This document shows positions 53,778-53,838 of a stretch of DNA of 53,838 nt, piece by piece; position 1 is the stretch's first letter, and the number at the start of each line of letters is the position of its first letter. Position numbers and translations under genes: made by a program. Under the pieces are notes generated by a model. It did no database searches, had not been told where the DNA came from, and was given only the letters and a program-made list of their open reading frames with translations. The stretch spans positions 1 to 53,838 of the IMG/VR virus record IMGVR_UViG_3300025425_000025, one strand, 5' to 3'. The DNA is from a virus. Its lineage: Duplodnaviria; Caudoviricetes.

Positions 53778-53838
53778 TAAACAAATTCCTGCTTGTAAGA
53801 TACAATAGTACCGCGTACAGTGTTATTAACAGTCTTGG

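Noticed and set aside
1-53838. Stop-codon reassignment (TAG is very frequent and there is a tRNA with TAG anticodon)
   Set aside because: Core genes are full-length in code 11; the TAG anticodon reads CTA (Leu); no CTA- or TCA-anticodon suppressor found; broken genes are mostly frameshifts

Overview
This window is most of a low-GC (roughly 37-39% by eye) tailed dsDNA podophage genome of the HMO-2011-type architecture; both ends run out of the window. The + strand arm (1-24.4 kb) carries early/accessory genes, a tyrosine integrase, primase, helicase, family A DNA polymerase with an internal DnaJ-like CxxCxGxG pair, SSB, an Acb2/Tad1-like protein, exonuclease, resolvase, a nucleotide-metabolism cluster (DUF5664-like, HD, MazG, class II RNR) and HNH/phosphoesterase genes. 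A short - strand block (3.2-5.6 kb) holds secreted-protein genes and thyX. The - strand arm (24.4-53.8 kb) carries an array of 14 tRNAs plus one tRNA-like element, a terminase with a long N-terminal extension, portal, a 1024-aa two-domain peptidoglycan hydrolase, scaffold, major capsid, tail tube/fibre, ejection proteins, lysozyme and holin. Host-type sigma70 promoters (TTGACA-16/17-TAnnnT) are scattered through it and no phage RNA polymerase is present. An alphaproteobacterial host is inferred, not shown. The most unusual signals: two leucine tRNAs with a shared rearranged fold; a repeated internal-loop RNA motif in the scaffold and capsid leaders; a non-decoding tRNA mimic; strong CCWGG avoidance at Pro-Gly codons; periodic GC-rich patches resembling gyrase sites; and decay of accessory genes while core genes stay intact. 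All family calls are from motif recognition by eye; no database searches were run.
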